From Deinococcales bacterium (GTDB lineage Bacteria; Deinococcota; Deinococci; Deinococcales; JAAFIG01), in NCBI GenBank assembly GCA_031414595.1, contig JANNVX010000029.1, positions 1 to 49,905 on the forward strand: DNA of 49,905 nt, in the 5' to 3' direction. A program made the translations under genes and the position numbers. A model generated the notes under the pieces. That model saw only the letters and a program-made list of their open reading frames with translations. It was not told the DNA's origin and did no database searches. Shown in pieces: positions 48,471-49,905 of this stretch (the stretch's first letter is position 1; each line of letters begins with the position of its first letter).

Positions 48471-48694
48471 CATGAGCCAGTATCAACGCATTCTCGAGAC
48501 ATGGCAGAAGTTTTGATTTGCGCGAACCGCAAACAGAACCCAAATACGTGGCTCTGCTCGAGTGTACACAACAATTGACCGATGAACACAGCGTAGAAAG
48601 CCAACCAATAAAAACACTTTTTTGGTTGGCGTGCGAATACTTGCGGCGTTGGGAAGTGCTGCACGACCCGTGGGCAAACCAGCCAGTGGGATAA
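48471..48694 (+). pseudogene. Frameshifted, truncated HigA-like antitoxin N-terminus
   Basis: MSQYQRILETWQKF then +1 frame DLREPQTEPKYVALLE...LTDEH...LFWLACEYLRRWEVLHDPW; no HTH follows. Confidence 0.45.
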
Positions 48695-48707
48695 GCCAAA
48701 GCTCGAG
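48649..48707 (+). repeat. 59-bp imperfect direct repeat, copy 1
   Basis: 53/59 identical to 49486-49544. Confidence 0.9.
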
Positions 48708-48851
48708 AGAAGTTTGAAAGACAACAAAGGCGTGGGCGAGAAGCTCGAGTGGACTTTGTAAGCATGAACGAGATACACCCTATGCAAGCGTGTACAGAGT
48801 CATTGATTGGTCTTCTGAACATCTCACTTTTTGCTGTAGTACCTTAAGACT

Positions 48852-49460
48852 ATGGCATTTAGTGACTATAAGGCTATTTCCCAAGTTCAAACAGACTTTG
48901 GTATTGTTTACCTCGAGCAGGATTTCCTCGACCCAAAAGCCATACCATTAACACCTTTTTTTCTCGAGGAATTTTTGTTTACCAGAGAAAACATAGATGT
49001 GTTCACCTCCGAGGCTGCCCGTACCGATTTGGTAATCACACCTTTGCTGCTCGAGGTTTACAAGTATTATCATCAAAAAACATCCTTCTGGATTCAAAAA
49101 TCAATTACTTTTACAGAACAACTTCAGAGTACACCTGATTATATGATCGCTACCAAATCTGCACTTGGAAAAAGCGTCCTCGAGACACCATTACTTTTAG
49201 TGGTAGAAGCTAAGAAAAACGACTTTGAACAAGGTTGGGCGCAGTGTTTGGCTGAACTGATTGCAGCTCAAGGACTGAACAAACAAACCCAAAAAACTGT
49301 GTATGGCATTGTCACTGACGGCGAGCTTTGGAAATTTGGAAAACTGTTTGAAAAGCAGTTTCAACTGAACACAACACCTTATACAATTGGGCAACTCGAG
49401 GAATTGTTTGGGGCATTGCATCAGATTTTTCAATTGGCACTATTGCCAGAGTTAATCTAA
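48852..49460 (+). CDS. PD-(D/E)xK restriction-endonuclease-fold protein (HsdR N-terminal-like)
   Basis: SEAAR...I.P.L, PDY, VVEAKK.DF..GW.QCLAEL.AAQ, YGIVTDG..W.FG. Confidence 0.75.
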   Translation: MAFSDYKAISQVQTDFGIVYLEQDFLDPKAIPLTPFFLEEFLFTRENIDVFTSEAARTDLVITPLLLEVYKYYHQKTSFWIQKSITFTEQLQSTPDYMIATKSALGKSVLETPLLLVVEAKKNDFEQGWAQCLAELIAAQGLNKQTQKTVYGIVTDGELWKFGKLFEKQFQLNTTPYTIGQLEELFGALHQIFQLALLPELI

Positions 49461-49485
49461 TCAATTTGTTCGCTCGAGCCGTAAA

Positions 49486-49544
49486 TTGGGAAGTGCTGCA
49501 CGACCCTTGGGCAAGCCAAGCAGTGGCATAAGCAAAAGCTCGAG
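49486..49544 (+). repeat. 59-bp imperfect direct repeat, copy 2
   Basis: Matches 48649-48707. Confidence 0.9.
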
Positions 49545-49784
49545 GATAGCCTATGTGACACTTTATTAATTAGAGTAACGTGTATAATTTGCTCATGTAT
49601 CAAGAACATAATTTTAGAATTTTTGTTTTCTTTTTCTTAATTACATCTTTTCCTGTTTTCGCTCAAACTGAACCATCAGAACATCCTATTGTTACTTTTT
49701 GTAAAGACGCTGTTAAGCAAGGTCCGATTAGTATCCCATTCCTCCTAATTATTACAGCTATGTTATTCAATAGTCTGGAATGTT

Positions 49785-49904
49785 TTACGCAGTCTTAACT
49801 CCCAGATTAAGCGCGTCCTCGAGCAACACAATGTATTTCTCGAAGCTCAATTCCAAAGGCAACAAACGAATAATTCGTTCTGCAAACAACTCGTTATACG
49901 CCCG
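49785..49904 (-). CDS. C-terminal end of an unidentified gene (partial)
   Basis: Open frame from the window edge: RAYNELFAERIIRLLPLELSFEKYIVLLEDALNLGVKTA*. Confidence 0.45.
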   Translation of the reverse strand, partial: RAYNELFAERIIRLLPLELSFEKYIVLLEDALNLGVKTA

Positions 49905-49905
49905 T

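Noticed and set aside
48649-49544. Integron attC cassette
   Set aside because: The repeats lack paired RYYYAAC/GTTRRRY boxes and there is no integron integrase.
49580-49798. 72-aa AT-rich ORF
   Set aside because: No RBS or recognisable motif, and it overlaps the convergent partial gene; not supportable.

Overview
Bacterial chromosome segment, most consistent with a Deinococcota (Deinococcales-like) genome. Support: LysW-pathway kinase lysZ, fused-dimer HspR, a tmRNA with a Gly resume codon, and many genes with a -10 box 5-6 nt before the start codon (leaderless pattern). Positions 1-38.9 kb are mostly housekeeping genes (radA, aroG, rseP, hspR, M23 peptidase plus bactofilin, ssrA, rlmH, fabD, lysZ, nadM-Nudix, NAMPT, uppP, ychF) with accessory modules mixed in. 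A ~7.6 kb tyrosine-integrase element with satellite/PICI-like gene order sits in tRNA-Ala(CGC), bounded by 46-bp att repeats at 39925-39970 and 47522-47567. Main observations: (1) a 38-aa secreted propeptide gene missing from the ORF track, divergent from a TPR + SARP/BTAD regulator and an HD-GYP phosphodiesterase, a candidate peptide-signalling system; (2) strong over-representation of the palindrome CTCGAG, densest in the mobile element; (3) a leaderless Phe/Tyr attenuator before aroG; (4) an Xre-MazF module outside the att site that shares repressor fold and promoter sequence with the element; (5) RES-Xre and RelA-like modules, an IS5-family end abutting an inositol monophosphatase fragment, REP hairpins and several repeats. 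All calls come from reading motifs by eye; no database searches were run.
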